In this document: positions 1 to 8,846 of the stretch, in pieces | Layout of the letters: each line of letters starts with the position of its first letter | Position numbering within the stretch: position 1 is the stretch's first letter | NCBI GenBank assembly: GCA_040905565.1 | Contig: JBBDRF010000062.1 | Location: forward strand, 36,244-100,243 | Direction: 5' to 3' | Source of the DNA: Phycisphaeraceae bacterium | Lineage (GTDB): Bacteria > Planctomycetota > Phycisphaerae > Phycisphaerales > Zrk34 | Length of the DNA stretch: 64,000 nt | Position numbers and translations under genes: made by a program | The notes under the pieces: model-generated | Seen by the model: the letters and a program-made list of their open reading frames with translations, nothing else | Database searches by the model: none | What the model was told of the DNA's origin: nothing

Positions 1-212
1 TTGGCGGCTGTGAAGATCGGACCGATGCGACCGTCGGGCAGGTCGGCGAGCGTCGCAAAATGGTCGCGGGGGATGATCAGCACGTGGCCTGGGAACAGGG
101 GCTTGCGATCGAGAAAAGCGACCACGTGTTCTGCTTCGTAGACCACGTCGGCGTCCGCTTCGCCCTGCGCAATGGCGCAGAACGCACAGCCTGTCTCAAT
201 CAGATGTTTCAC
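1..212 (-). CDS. HIT family hydrolase, N-terminal part (runs off the window)
   Basis: Manual translation of the minus strand from GTG at 212 gives MKHLIETGCAFCAIAQGEADADVVYEAEHVVAFLDRKPLFPGHVLIIPRDH. The CxFC and PGHxLIIP motifs are typical of HIT proteins. Not in the ORF track. Confidence 0.85.
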   Translation of the reverse strand, partial: MKHLIETGCAFCAIAQGEADADVVYEAEHVVAFLDRKPLFPGHVLIIPRDHFATLADLPDGRIGPIFTAA

Positions 213-323
213 CGCATTTGCCTCAGCCGCATGCTATCGCGCGGCGGCGACAACGGCGACCGACCGGCGAGGCGTAGCGTCGCGGCCAGAGGCGCGCGGT
301 TACAATGTTGCTGGAGGTGGACC

Positions 324-1055
324 GTGCGTATTCCTGTTCTGCGAGGCGTGATCGATCGGCGTATTCTGGCAAACTATCGCGTGGCTCCCGAAGCCGTGGC
401 GAAGATGCTGCCCGATCCGCTGGAGCCCAAGTGCGTGGGCGACTGGGCGATGGCGGGCATTTGCCTGATCCGGCTGAAGAGCCTGCGGCCGAAGGCGCTG
501 CCGATGACGTGGGGGATGCGTTCGGAGAATGCCGCCCACCGCTTCGCCGTGACGTGGCGTGAGGACGGCGTCCGCAGGGAAGGCGTTTACGTGCGCCGGC
601 GTGATACGGACTCACGGTTGAACGCACTGGCGGGCGGGCGGCTGTTTCCCGGCGTGCAACATCATGCTCATTTCGATGTCGCCGAGCGCGACGATGCGGT
701 GGACGTGGCGATGAAAAGCGATGACGGAGCGGTGCGGTTGCGCGTGACCGGTCGCATGACGCAGGCCTGGCCGAGCGATTCGCTGTTTGCGACGGTGGAG
801 GAAGCGTCTCGGTTCTTTGAGCAGGGTTCGCTGGGCTTCTCGCCGGGGCGCGGGCAACGGCTGGATGCGATGGAGTTGTGCTGCCACAATTGGGATGTGA
901 CGCCGTTGGAGGTGCAGCGGGCGGAGTCGAGTTTCTTCGACGACGGCGACACCTTCCCGCAGGGTAGCGTCTATTTCGACCACGCCCTGCTGATGCGAGG
1001 CATCAAGCACGAATGGCACACGCGCCAGGCCCTGTGCTGTACAATTGATGGGTGA
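324..1055 (+). CDS. DUF2071/YqjF-like protein
   Basis: From GTG at 324: RGVIDRRILANYRV...AGICLIRL...SENAAHRFAV...EGVYVRRRDTDS. The upstream extension in the track is the antisense shadow of the HIT gene. Confidence 0.7.
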   Translation: MRIPVLRGVIDRRILANYRVAPEAVAKMLPDPLEPKCVGDWAMAGICLIRLKSLRPKALPMTWGMRSENAAHRFAVTWREDGVRREGVYVRRRDTDSRLNALAGGRLFPGVQHHAHFDVAERDDAVDVAMKSDDGAVRLRVTGRMTQAWPSDSLFATVEEASRFFEQGSLGFSPGRGQRLDAMELCCHNWDVTPLEVQRAESSFFDDGDTFPQGSVYFDHALLMRGIKHEWHTRQALCCTIDG

Positions 1056-1467
1056 CAAACGTGTGAGGGCCGGCATAAAGCGCCCTGTCGGCAGGAGAGG
1101 CAACAGTAGAAAGGGGTGGCGTTTTTTGAACTTTTCGCCTGCATTTGGATTGATCGCGACGCTGCTGGTGATTGCGATGATTTGCGTCGTCGGCCACGTG
1201 GCACCGCGGCCCGGGGCGCTTCGTTTTGAGGCACCCGAGCGGGCGGACAGGACGGTGGTGCGCATGAATGTCGTGAGCGTCACGAACGTGTCCGAGCATG
1301 TCGTCTCGCGCTGGCGGCTCATGCTCAAGTCTGAAGGTGAGACGAAGCGGGTGGACCTCGAAGGGCCGCATGAGCCGGGCTCGACGGTATGGCTGCCGAT
1401 CGAAAACGCGGAGAGGTACGATCTGGTCCACGCGATCCCGCAATACGACCACACCGTGCGTTGGTGA
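1045..1467 (+). CDS. Hypothetical protein with one transmembrane segment
   Basis: 140-aa ORF filling the gap before argG, with hydrophobic stretch FGLIATLLVIAMICVVG. Confidence 0.45.
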   Translation: MMGDKRVRAGIKRPVGRRGNSRKGWRFLNFSPAFGLIATLLVIAMICVVGHVAPRPGALRFEAPERADRTVVRMNVVSVTNVSEHVVSRWRLMLKSEGETKRVDLEGPHEPGSTVWLPIENAERYDLVHAIPQYDHTVRW

Positions 1468-1503
1468 ACACGCAACATTCAGAGCCGCGACGGGGGCTTC
1501 GGA

Positions 1504-2739
1504 TCAGCCCTTGATTTTGTGGCGCAGACCTCGCACTTTCATCGGCAGGCCGAACAGGTCGATGAAGCCTCGGGCGGCGGTGATGTCGTAGCCGTCCATC
1601 GCGAAGCTGGCGAGGTTTTCATCGTACAGCGAAGTCTTGGGCGCCTCGGCTCCGACGGCGATGATGTTGCCCTTGTAGAGCTTGATGCGGGCGGTGCCGG
1701 TGACGACGCGGTTGATGTCGTCGAAGAACACCTGCAACGATTCACGCAGCGGATGGAACCACTGACCGTTGTAGACCAACTCGGCGTAGCGTTGCGAAGC
1801 CTGGCGTGAATAGTGGTACGTATCGCGTTCGATGCAAACCTGCTGCAGGGCTTTGTGGGCGGCGTAGAGGATGGAGCCGCCTGGTGTTTCGTACACGCCG
1901 CGACTTTTCATGCCGACGAGGCGGTTCTCGACGAGCAGCGCCTGGCCGACGGCGTGAGCGCCGCCGAGCGCGTTGAGCTTGGCGATGAGGTCGTGGCCCT
2001 TGAGCGTTTCGCCATCCACCGCGATCGGCGTGCCGTTCTTGAAGCTGATCTCGACGTAGGCGGGTTTCGCCGGCGCCTTTTCGAGAGGCACGCTCATGGT
2101 GAGGCAGTGCTTCCAGTTCGGCTCGGCGGCGGGGTCCTCGATCTCGGCACCCTCATGAGAGATGTGCCAGAGGTTGCGGTCCTGCGAGTAGATCTTCTTC
2201 TTCGTCTGCGCGATGGGGATGTTGTGCTGCTTGGCGTAGTCGATGGCGGTTTCGCGATCGGTCAGGCCGTCGGCGATGAACTGCGGATCCTTCCACGGCG
2301 AGATCAGCTTCAGCTTCGGGTTCAGCGCCATGCAGGTGAGTTCGAAGCGGACCTGATCGTTGCCCTTGCCGGTCGCGCCGTGACCGACGGCGTCGGCCTT
2401 GGTCTCCTTGGCGACGAGCACCTGGTGCTTGGCAATAAGGGGCCGGGCGATGGAGGTGCCCAGCATGTAATCGTCTTCGTAGATGGCATGGGCGCGGAGC
2501 GTGGGGAAGCAGTACTGCTCAGCGAACTCCTGCCGAAGATCCTTGACGACGACCTCGTCGGCCCCGCTGGCGTAAGCCTTCTTCTCGATACCCGCCAGCT
2601 CATCGCCCTGCCCGAGCTCAGCTGCGAAGGCGACAAGCTTGACGCCCGGGTAGCGATCTTTCAGCCAGGGGAGGATGACGGAGGTGTCGAGGCCGCCTGA
2701 GTAGGCGAGGACGATTTTCTTGGGATCCGAAGCGGTCAT
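1504..2739 (-). CDS. argG: Argininosuccinate synthase
   Basis: LAYSGGLDTS, GTSIARP, HGATGKGNDQVRFE and ENRLVGMKSRGVYETPG motifs. Confidence 0.98.
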   Translation of the reverse strand: MTASDPKKIVLAYSGGLDTSVILPWLKDRYPGVKLVAFAAELGQGDELAGIEKKAYASGADEVVVKDLRQEFAEQYCFPTLRAHAIYEDDYMLGTSIARPLIAKHQVLVAKETKADAVGHGATGKGNDQVRFELTCMALNPKLKLISPWKDPQFIADGLTDRETAIDYAKQHNIPIAQTKKKIYSQDRNLWHISHEGAEIEDPAAEPNWKHCLTMSVPLEKAPAKPAYVEISFKNGTPIAVDGETLKGHDLIAKLNALGGAHAVGQALLVENRLVGMKSRGVYETPGGSILYAAHKALQQVCIERDTYHYSRQASQRYAELVYNGQWFHPLRESLQVFFDDINRVVTGTARIKLYKGNIIAVGAEAPKTSLYDENLASFAMDGYDITAARGFIDLFGLPMKVRGLRHKIKG

Positions 2740-2790
2740 GGCACTCTCGCGAAGTTCGTGGTTAGGGGGAGAGCGAGAGTATAACGAAGA

Positions 2791-2818
2791 GACCGCCCGG
2801 CTGTAAGGCGGGGGCTAT
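2791..2818 (-). repeat. REP-like hairpin, copy A (ATAG-CC-CCCGCCT-TAC-AGCCGGG-CGG)
   Basis: Same architecture as five other intergenic copies. Overlaps the TAG stop of the upstream gene. Confidence 0.65.
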
Positions 2819-4218
2819 CGTCGGACGTCGGTGTTGTTGGTGAAGGTGTTGGTCTGTCGCGCCTCGGCTGAAGCAGAGAGGGGCAAGGAGGCGTCGATCA
2901 CGTTGTTAAGCACCTGGTTGTTCCGGGAATCGAAACTCACAACGAGTGCGGCATGGTCGGCGGTGTCGGTTGTGAGCTGGTTGGCGAGGACGATGTTGCC
3001 GTTGGCTTTGTGAATCTGGATGAGGGCAGCGTCGGCGTCGGGATTGCTGATGATGTTGTTTGCAACAATGTTGTGATCGGACTGGACGAGGACCGCCTGC
3101 TGCTCGGCACCGTCGACGACGTTGTTTGAGATGGTGTTGTGGGAGGATCCGCTGAGCACGAAGATGCCGCGTGGATGGTTGGTAATCACGTTCCCGGTCA
3201 CGGTGTTGAACTGTGCGTCGTTGGGCAGCCGGATAGCGCCGTAGCCGGTGGAGCCGGCGGGAAGCTGGTCTTTGACGATGATGTTGTTGCTGACGACGCT
3301 GTGGCTGTGGCGACTGAGGTTGATGCCGCCAAGTTCAGCGTTCCTGATCAGGTTGTTGGTGATGGTGACGTGGGTGCACGCATCGCTGGCGTATGCGGAC
3401 TTGCCGACGGTGTCGTGAAACTCGCAATGCTCGATGCGCATGAACTGGGACCCGGTGAACCGGACGATCCCGCCTCGGAAGCGGACATGTTGGAAGTTGA
3501 CGTAGGAAACGCCATCGCAGCCAGCGACGTAGTGCGGGCTCTGGAGGGTCATGTGTGAGACGGTGGCATGGAGTGGTCCGCGGTCGCCGGTCTGGATCAG
3601 GTATTTCGAATCGTCGCGGTGGAGGTAGGTGGCGTTGATGCCGGCTCCGCGGAGGTTGACGTTGGCTCGGAGAAAGATCTGGCTGTTGAGGCGATAGGTT
3701 CCGGCGGGGATGTAGGTTTCGCCGGGGCGGTCGTGGTTGTGGAGAAAGGCGATGGCGTGGTTGATGGCGGGGGCGTCGTCGTGTTCGCCGTCGGCGTGTG
3801 CGCCGTACCAGCGGACATCGGTGTGGGCGTGGTCGGATTGGCGTACCCATCGGCCGCGCGCCTGGCTTGGCTTAAAATTTAGGTAAGCTTGCAGATCGTC
3901 GGCGGGATTGGGAGCGCCGGGTGCGATGACGATGCCGCCGTCGTGGGGCTGCTGGCTTCTGGCGCGGTATCGGAAGAGGCCTTCGCCGCCGTCGCCGGGT
4001 TGATAAAAGCCTTGGAGGAGGACGCGCTGATTTTGTGTCATGTCCTCCATCGTGGTCAGGTCGTGGACGTCGATGGCGTCGGGAGGCGTGGATGGGGTGG
4101 GGGTGCGGCCGCCGGTTTCGGTGTCATCGGCACCGGTTGTGCCGGTCCACAGCGTCATCGCGAAGCAAATGCCGATGAGGGTGGCGAGGGTCATGAGCAC
4201 GCGAGGGGCGGAATTCAT
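2815..4218 (-). CDS. Secreted right-handed parallel beta-helix protein (pectate-lyase-like/tailspike-like)
   Basis: Signal peptide, DVRWYGAHADG..DDAPAINHAI..YIPAGTY cap, and Asn-rich ITNNLI/VTGNVI/ISNNVV repeats. Confidence 0.8.
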   Translation of the reverse strand: MNSAPRVLMTLATLIGICFAMTLWTGTTGADDTETGGRTPTPSTPPDAIDVHDLTTMEDMTQNQRVLLQGFYQPGDGGEGLFRYRARSQQPHDGGIVIAPGAPNPADDLQAYLNFKPSQARGRWVRQSDHAHTDVRWYGAHADGEHDDAPAINHAIAFLHNHDRPGETYIPAGTYRLNSQIFLRANVNLRGAGINATYLHRDDSKYLIQTGDRGPLHATVSHMTLQSPHYVAGCDGVSYVNFQHVRFRGGIVRFTGSQFMRIEHCEFHDTVGKSAYASDACTHVTITNNLIRNAELGGINLSRHSHSVVSNNIIVKDQLPAGSTGYGAIRLPNDAQFNTVTGNVITNHPRGIFVLSGSSHNTISNNVVDGAEQQAVLVQSDHNIVANNIISNPDADAALIQIHKANGNIVLANQLTTDTADHAALVVSFDSRNNQVLNNVIDASLPLSASAEARQTNTFTNNTDVRR

Positions 4219-4284
4219 CGGAGGGCTCCTTGCTTACCGGGCCTCGTCGCTTGCCGACGGCCGTCACGTCTCAGGACGAGGTTT

Positions 4285-5163
4285 TCAGAGGAAGCGCCAG
4301 TCGGCGGTTTGGAGGGTATAGGCCCAGAGCACAGCGTTGGTGATGCCGTGCGCCCAGATGACGGGGCCGAGGCCGAGGCGGCGGGTGCCTCGGTTGGTGA
4401 TCCAGACCAGCAAGATGAACAGCAGGCCGCAGGCGATCGTACCCGGCCAGTCGCGGGGGATGTGGCTGATGAGGCACCAGAGGGTCAGCGTGCTGACGAT
4501 GCTGAAACCGGTCACGGCGCCAAGGGGCGTCTTCTCAAATGCGTCGGCGAGCGGGCGGGGGAACTGGTCGGCCCACTTGCTCACGCGGGTCCGCATGGTG
4601 TACTCGCCGATGAACGGGAGATCATCGAGAAATTGAATGACCGTGATCTTCGCCGTTTCGGGTTTTTGCAGGGCACGCAGCAGGGCGGAGCGGAAAAAGA
4701 CTTCTTCGAAGACGGGAACGACGGCGGCCATGCCGACGAGCCGGGCGGTCATGGCGATCCAGGCGGCGACGGGGGACATGTCATCGAAATACGGCGTCGC
4801 TTCGTGCTGGAAATACGGGTGCAGTTCATGCATGCCCATGCCGAGGCCGATCCAGGCGACGGCGGCGACCAGGCCCATCGGCAGGGCGAGCCAGTGGAAG
4901 GTCAGCGTGATCTCGGGCATCAGACGGCGGTAGCGGTAGAGCATCGCCGAGACGATCACGATCTGGAACAGGTGGACGACGACGGCGAGATCCGGCTGCG
5001 CGTCGCGCACGAAGCCGATGATCATCAGCAGCAGCACGTAGACCACGAACGGGATGAGCCTCGGGTGGAACGGATGCAGCGCCATCCAGCGGTCGACCTT
5101 TTGAAGGTACGACAGCGTCGGCTTGGGCGGCGCGGACGGCGGCGTGGTGGGAGTCTCGCTCAC
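4285..5163 (-). CDS. CPBP (CAAX/Abi) family intramembrane glutamic protease
   Basis: Multiple TM helices, PVFEEVFFR (EExxxR) and AHGITN motifs. Confidence 0.85.
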   Translation of the reverse strand: MSETPTTPPSAPPKPTLSYLQKVDRWMALHPFHPRLIPFVVYVLLLMIIGFVRDAQPDLAVVVHLFQIVIVSAMLYRYRRLMPEITLTFHWLALPMGLVAAVAWIGLGMGMHELHPYFQHEATPYFDDMSPVAAWIAMTARLVGMAAVVPVFEEVFFRSALLRALQKPETAKITVIQFLDDLPFIGEYTMRTRVSKWADQFPRPLADAFEKTPLGAVTGFSIVSTLTLWCLISHIPRDWPGTIACGLLFILLVWITNRGTRRLGLGPVIWAHGITNAVLWAYTLQTADWRFL

Positions 5164-5206
5164 GGCGGCATTCTAACGGCGATCGAGTTCCATCGCAGCG
5201 CACGCA

Positions 5207-5232
5207 GTAGCCGCGGGGCTACGTCCCGCCGG
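5207..5232 (+). repeat. REP-like hairpin, copy B (GTAG-CC-GCGGGGC-TAC-GTCCCGC-CGG)
   Basis: Intergenic, GTAG tetramer followed by a 7-bp stem and TAC loop. Confidence 0.7.
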
Positions 5233-5246
5233 CCCACTTGGCGTGA

Positions 5247-6512
5247 TCACTCGTGTCGGAGTGCGATGATGGGGTCGAGCATGGCGGCGCGGTAGGCGGG
5301 GTAGAGGCCGAAGAGGATGCCGACGGTGGCGCTGATGCCGAGCGCGAGGAGGACGGACCAGAGGGTGACGACGGTGGGCATGTCGGCGAAGTAGGTGATG
5401 GCGATGGGGATCGACACGCCCATGCCGACGCCGACGAGTCCGCCGACGGTTGAGAGGACGACGGTCTCGATGAGGAACTGTCCGATGATCTGCCTGCGTT
5501 TGGCGCCGATGGCGCGGCGGACGCCGATCTCGCGGGTGCGCTCCGTGACCGAGGCGAGCATGATGTTCATGATCCCGATGCCGCCGACGAGCAGACTGAT
5601 GCCGGCGATGGAGCCGAGGACGATGCTGAAGATGCGCTGCGTTTCCTGCGCCTGCCGAAGCAGTGCGAGGGGGACGGCCATCACGTAGTCGCCGCGTGGG
5701 TGGAAGCGGTCGAGCATGGCGGTGATGGCGGCTGCGGTGGGTTCAACGTCGTCGATGGACGCGACCTGGACGATCATCTCGTGGAGTTCGATGTGCTCAC
5801 GGCGCATGGCACCGGACTGGCGTTCGACGATGAGGTCGCTGTAGCGCTGGCGTGCGACATTGATGGGGATGTAGGCGTCGACTTCGCGGTCGGGTGTCTG
5901 CACGCCTCCTCCACCTGCGTCGGCGCGGACGATGCCGACGATGCGATAAATTTCCTGGTCGATGCGGAGCGGTTCGCCGATGACGTGGCGTGTGCCGAGC
6001 AGTCGGCGAGCGGCATGCTCAGCGAGGACGACCACGCCCGCGTCGGTTTCGACGTCGTGTTTTGTAAGGGTTCGGCCGGCGACGATTTCGCGCTGGACGA
6101 GGTCGAACCAGTCGGGGGACGTGCCGACGATGCGGAGATCGGCGGTCATTCTTCCCATGCGTGCTTCGCCGGGGATGATCTTCGCGGGAACGACGCGGAC
6201 GACACGGTCGAAGCTTTCTTCGATGCGTCGGGCGTCGTCGTAGAGCAGGCCGTACATGAGCGTCATCGTCTGCTCGGAGCCTTGCCTGCGGTCTTCGCTG
6301 GGTTCGCGTGAGGAGATGATGATGTTGTTCGAGCCGAGGCGCTGGATTTGCGCCAGCGCTTCCTGGCTTGCGCCTTCCCCGACGGAAAGCATGGCGACGA
6401 CGCTGCCGACGCCGAACACCACGCCGAGCATCGTGAGCATGGAGCGCAGCTTGTGCAGCAGCAGACTCTTTACCCCGAGATTGACGTTGCGTAACAGGCG
6501 AGCTTGGGCCAT
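5247..6512 (-). CDS. MacB/FtsX-like ABC transporter permease
   Basis: LRSMLTMLGVVFGVGSVVAM, SLLVGGIGIMNIMLASVTERTREIGVRRAIGA and C-terminal DPIIALRHE. Confidence 0.95.
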   Translation of the reverse strand: MAQARLLRNVNLGVKSLLLHKLRSMLTMLGVVFGVGSVVAMLSVGEGASQEALAQIQRLGSNNIIISSREPSEDRRQGSEQTMTLMYGLLYDDARRIEESFDRVVRVVPAKIIPGEARMGRMTADLRIVGTSPDWFDLVQREIVAGRTLTKHDVETDAGVVVLAEHAARRLLGTRHVIGEPLRIDQEIYRIVGIVRADAGGGGVQTPDREVDAYIPINVARQRYSDLIVERQSGAMRREHIELHEMIVQVASIDDVEPTAAAITAMLDRFHPRGDYVMAVPLALLRQAQETQRIFSIVLGSIAGISLLVGGIGIMNIMLASVTERTREIGVRRAIGAKRRQIIGQFLIETVVLSTVGGLVGVGMGVSIPIAITYFADMPTVVTLWSVLLALGISATVGILFGLYPAYRAAMLDPIIALRHE

Positions 6513-6540
6513 GCGCGTTCGTGCTCCAGTTGCTTGTCGA

Positions 6541-7257
6541 TCAGTCGACGCGATCGATCAGGCCGTCGCGCATGTGCAGGCGATGCTGTGCATGGGCGGC
6601 GACTTCGGGTTCGTGGGTGACCATGATGACGGTTCGGCCTTCGTCGTTGAGGCCTTGCAGCAGGGCCATGATCTGGTCGCCGGTGACCGAATCGAGGTTG
6701 CCGGTGGGTTCGTCAGCGAGAAGGATGGGCGGATCGTTGGCGAGCGATCGGGCGATGGCGACACGTTGCTGCTGCCCGCCGGAGAGTTCGGTCGGCCGAT
6801 GGTCGAGCCGGTCGCCGAGCTGGACCTGCCTGGCGAGCTCGGCGGCGCGTTCACGGCTGACGGCGGCGTCCCAGCCGAGGTAGTACAGCGGCAGTTCGAT
6901 GTTCTCCGCCACGGTCAGCTGCGGGATCAGGTTAAAACTCTGGAAGATGAAGCCGAGCCGACGCAGGCGAAGTTCGCTGAGCGCGTCGTCGTCCATCTCG
7001 GCGATGTCGGTTTTCTCAATGAGACAGCGGCCGGAGGTGGGGCGGTCCAGGCAGCCGAGGAGGTTCAGCATGGTGCTTTTGCCCGACCCGCTGGGGCCCA
7101 TGATGGCCCAGAAGCTGCCGCGATCGATCTGCAGCGTGACGCCGGCGAGCGCGTGGACGTCGGCGGCACCCATGTGATAGACCTTGCGGACGTCGTCCAG
7201 TTCGATGACGGGATCCACAGCCACGGGGATTTCGATACTGGCCTGCGTGCGAGTCAT
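6541..7257 (-). CDS. ABC transporter ATP-binding protein (LolD/MacB-like)
   Basis: GPSGSGKS, LSGGQQQRVAIAR and LLADEPTGNLD motifs. Confidence 0.97.
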   Translation of the reverse strand: MTRTQASIEIPVAVDPVIELDDVRKVYHMGAADVHALAGVTLQIDRGSFWAIMGPSGSGKSTMLNLLGCLDRPTSGRCLIEKTDIAEMDDDALSELRLRRLGFIFQSFNLIPQLTVAENIELPLYYLGWDAAVSRERAAELARQVQLGDRLDHRPTELSGGQQQRVAIARSLANDPPILLADEPTGNLDSVTGDQIMALLQGLNDEGRTVIMVTHEPEVAAHAQHRLHMRDGLIDRVD

Positions 7258-8846
7258 GATCCGGAACCGCCTTGGCTTGCGTCGGCCTGCTCGGTGGCGG
7301 GGGGCGGCGTTAGTTCGGGCTCGGGTTCCTGCAGCTCCTCGCCTTCCTCATCGCCTTCGTCTTCAGGTCGACGTGACGGCGCAAGCGGCGGGTTGAGCAG
7401 AACATGGTCGCCGCGCTCGAGACCGCTGACGATCTGGATCATGCGGTTGTTATCCAGCCCCACGTCGACCTGCTTCGCGACCGGACCGTTGGCTGAAGGC
7501 AGGTAGACCATCGTCTCGCGGTCGACGCGCATCACCGACTGAATCGGCACGTACTTGGCGTCGTCAAGTTCGGCGACGACGATCTCGGCGTTGCAGCTCA
7601 TGCCGGAGCGGAGGTCTGAAGCGCCGCTGGTGACTTCGACCTCTGCGTTGTAGACCTTGAGGTCAGGGTTGAGCCAGGAGTTCTGAGCGTCGGGCATGAC
7701 GGCGATGCGCTTGACGCGCCCTTCGAAGACGCGGCCGGGCAGCGCGTCGGTCGTCAGGCGTACGGGCAGGTCACGGTCGACGCGTTGGAGCATGGATTCG
7801 TGAATCTTCACCTCGGCGATCATGCTGTCGGCTGTCGGCAGGAAGATCAGATCCTGGCGGGGGTGGACCTCGACGCCCTCGGCGAGCGGCTCCTGACGCC
7901 GGCCCCCCTGGCCCGAGGTGCCGTGGACGACCATGCCGGCCACGGGGGCGTAGACTTCGCAAGCGGCGATCTGCTCTTCCATCCGCTCCAGGCGATCCTG
8001 TTCACGTTCGAAGGAGAGCTTGCGCGAGGCCAGCCGCGTCTCCGCGTCGACGATGTCACTTTGCGTGCGATGTTTGACCTTGGTCAACTCGAACTCTTCC
8101 TGGTCGCGGCTGCTGTTGAGTTCCGCGAGTCGACGCCGGCGCGAGAATTGCTCCAGCAGGTTCAATTGCCCCTTGGCCAGTTCAAGGTCGAGCTTGCGGC
8201 GCTGGTAGGTGAGGCGGTCGGCCTGGAGTTCGGTCTCGGTGATGTAGCCTGCTTCGAACAGCCGCACCGAGCCTTGCAGTTGATCGTCCGCCCGTTCGAG
8301 CTCGGACTCGGCCAGGGTGATGTTCGTCTGAGCTTCACGAAGCTCCTGCTGATAGTCGCCCTGGGGAGCCTGGTATTTTTCAAGGTCCAACTCTGCCAGT
8401 TCGTAGGCGACCTCGGCGGCGGCGACGTCGGCCTTGGCCTGCTGCTTCACGACTTCGAGGTTTGATTCCGCCTGCATGTAGTCCGAGCGTGCCTGCTCAA
8501 ACTGAATTTCCTGACGGAGGTAATCGTCCTGCAGTCCCGCGGAATCCAACTCCACAAGCAGGTCGCCTTCTTCGACGATCGTACCTTCCTCGATGAGGTA
8601 GACGATCGTTGTGCGTTCCTGGGTGTCGTTCTTCAGGGCCATCGACTGAGCGCTTCGCAGCGAACCGGTCGCGAAGACGCTGATGGTGAGCTGGCCCTGC
8701 TTGACCTCAAAGGTAGGGCCGGTGGTTTGGGCAGAGGCGCCGTCGCCGCCGCGCAGCACAGCGACGCTGAGCCCGACAACCACCAGTGCGCCGATCAGGG
8801 CGAAGGTGATCCAGAGTCTGTTATTCGTTTTCGCCTTCGTTGTCAT
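7254..8846 (-). CDS. HlyD/MacA-family periplasmic adaptor subunit
   Basis: N-terminal TM, lipoyl halves (EEGTIVEEGDLLVELD; YAPVAGMV), long coiled coil and LRSGMSCNAEI. Confidence 0.9.
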   Translation of the reverse strand: MTTKAKTNNRLWITFALIGALVVVGLSVAVLRGGDGASAQTTGPTFEVKQGQLTISVFATGSLRSAQSMALKNDTQERTTIVYLIEEGTIVEEGDLLVELDSAGLQDDYLRQEIQFEQARSDYMQAESNLEVVKQQAKADVAAAEVAYELAELDLEKYQAPQGDYQQELREAQTNITLAESELERADDQLQGSVRLFEAGYITETELQADRLTYQRRKLDLELAKGQLNLLEQFSRRRRLAELNSSRDQEEFELTKVKHRTQSDIVDAETRLASRKLSFEREQDRLERMEEQIAACEVYAPVAGMVVHGTSGQGGRRQEPLAEGVEVHPRQDLIFLPTADSMIAEVKIHESMLQRVDRDLPVRLTTDALPGRVFEGRVKRIAVMPDAQNSWLNPDLKVYNAEVEVTSGASDLRSGMSCNAEIVVAELDDAKYVPIQSVMRVDRETMVYLPSANGPVAKQVDVGLDNNRMIQIVSGLERGDHVLLNPPLAPSRRPEDEGDEEGEELQEPEPELTPPPATEQADASQGGSGS

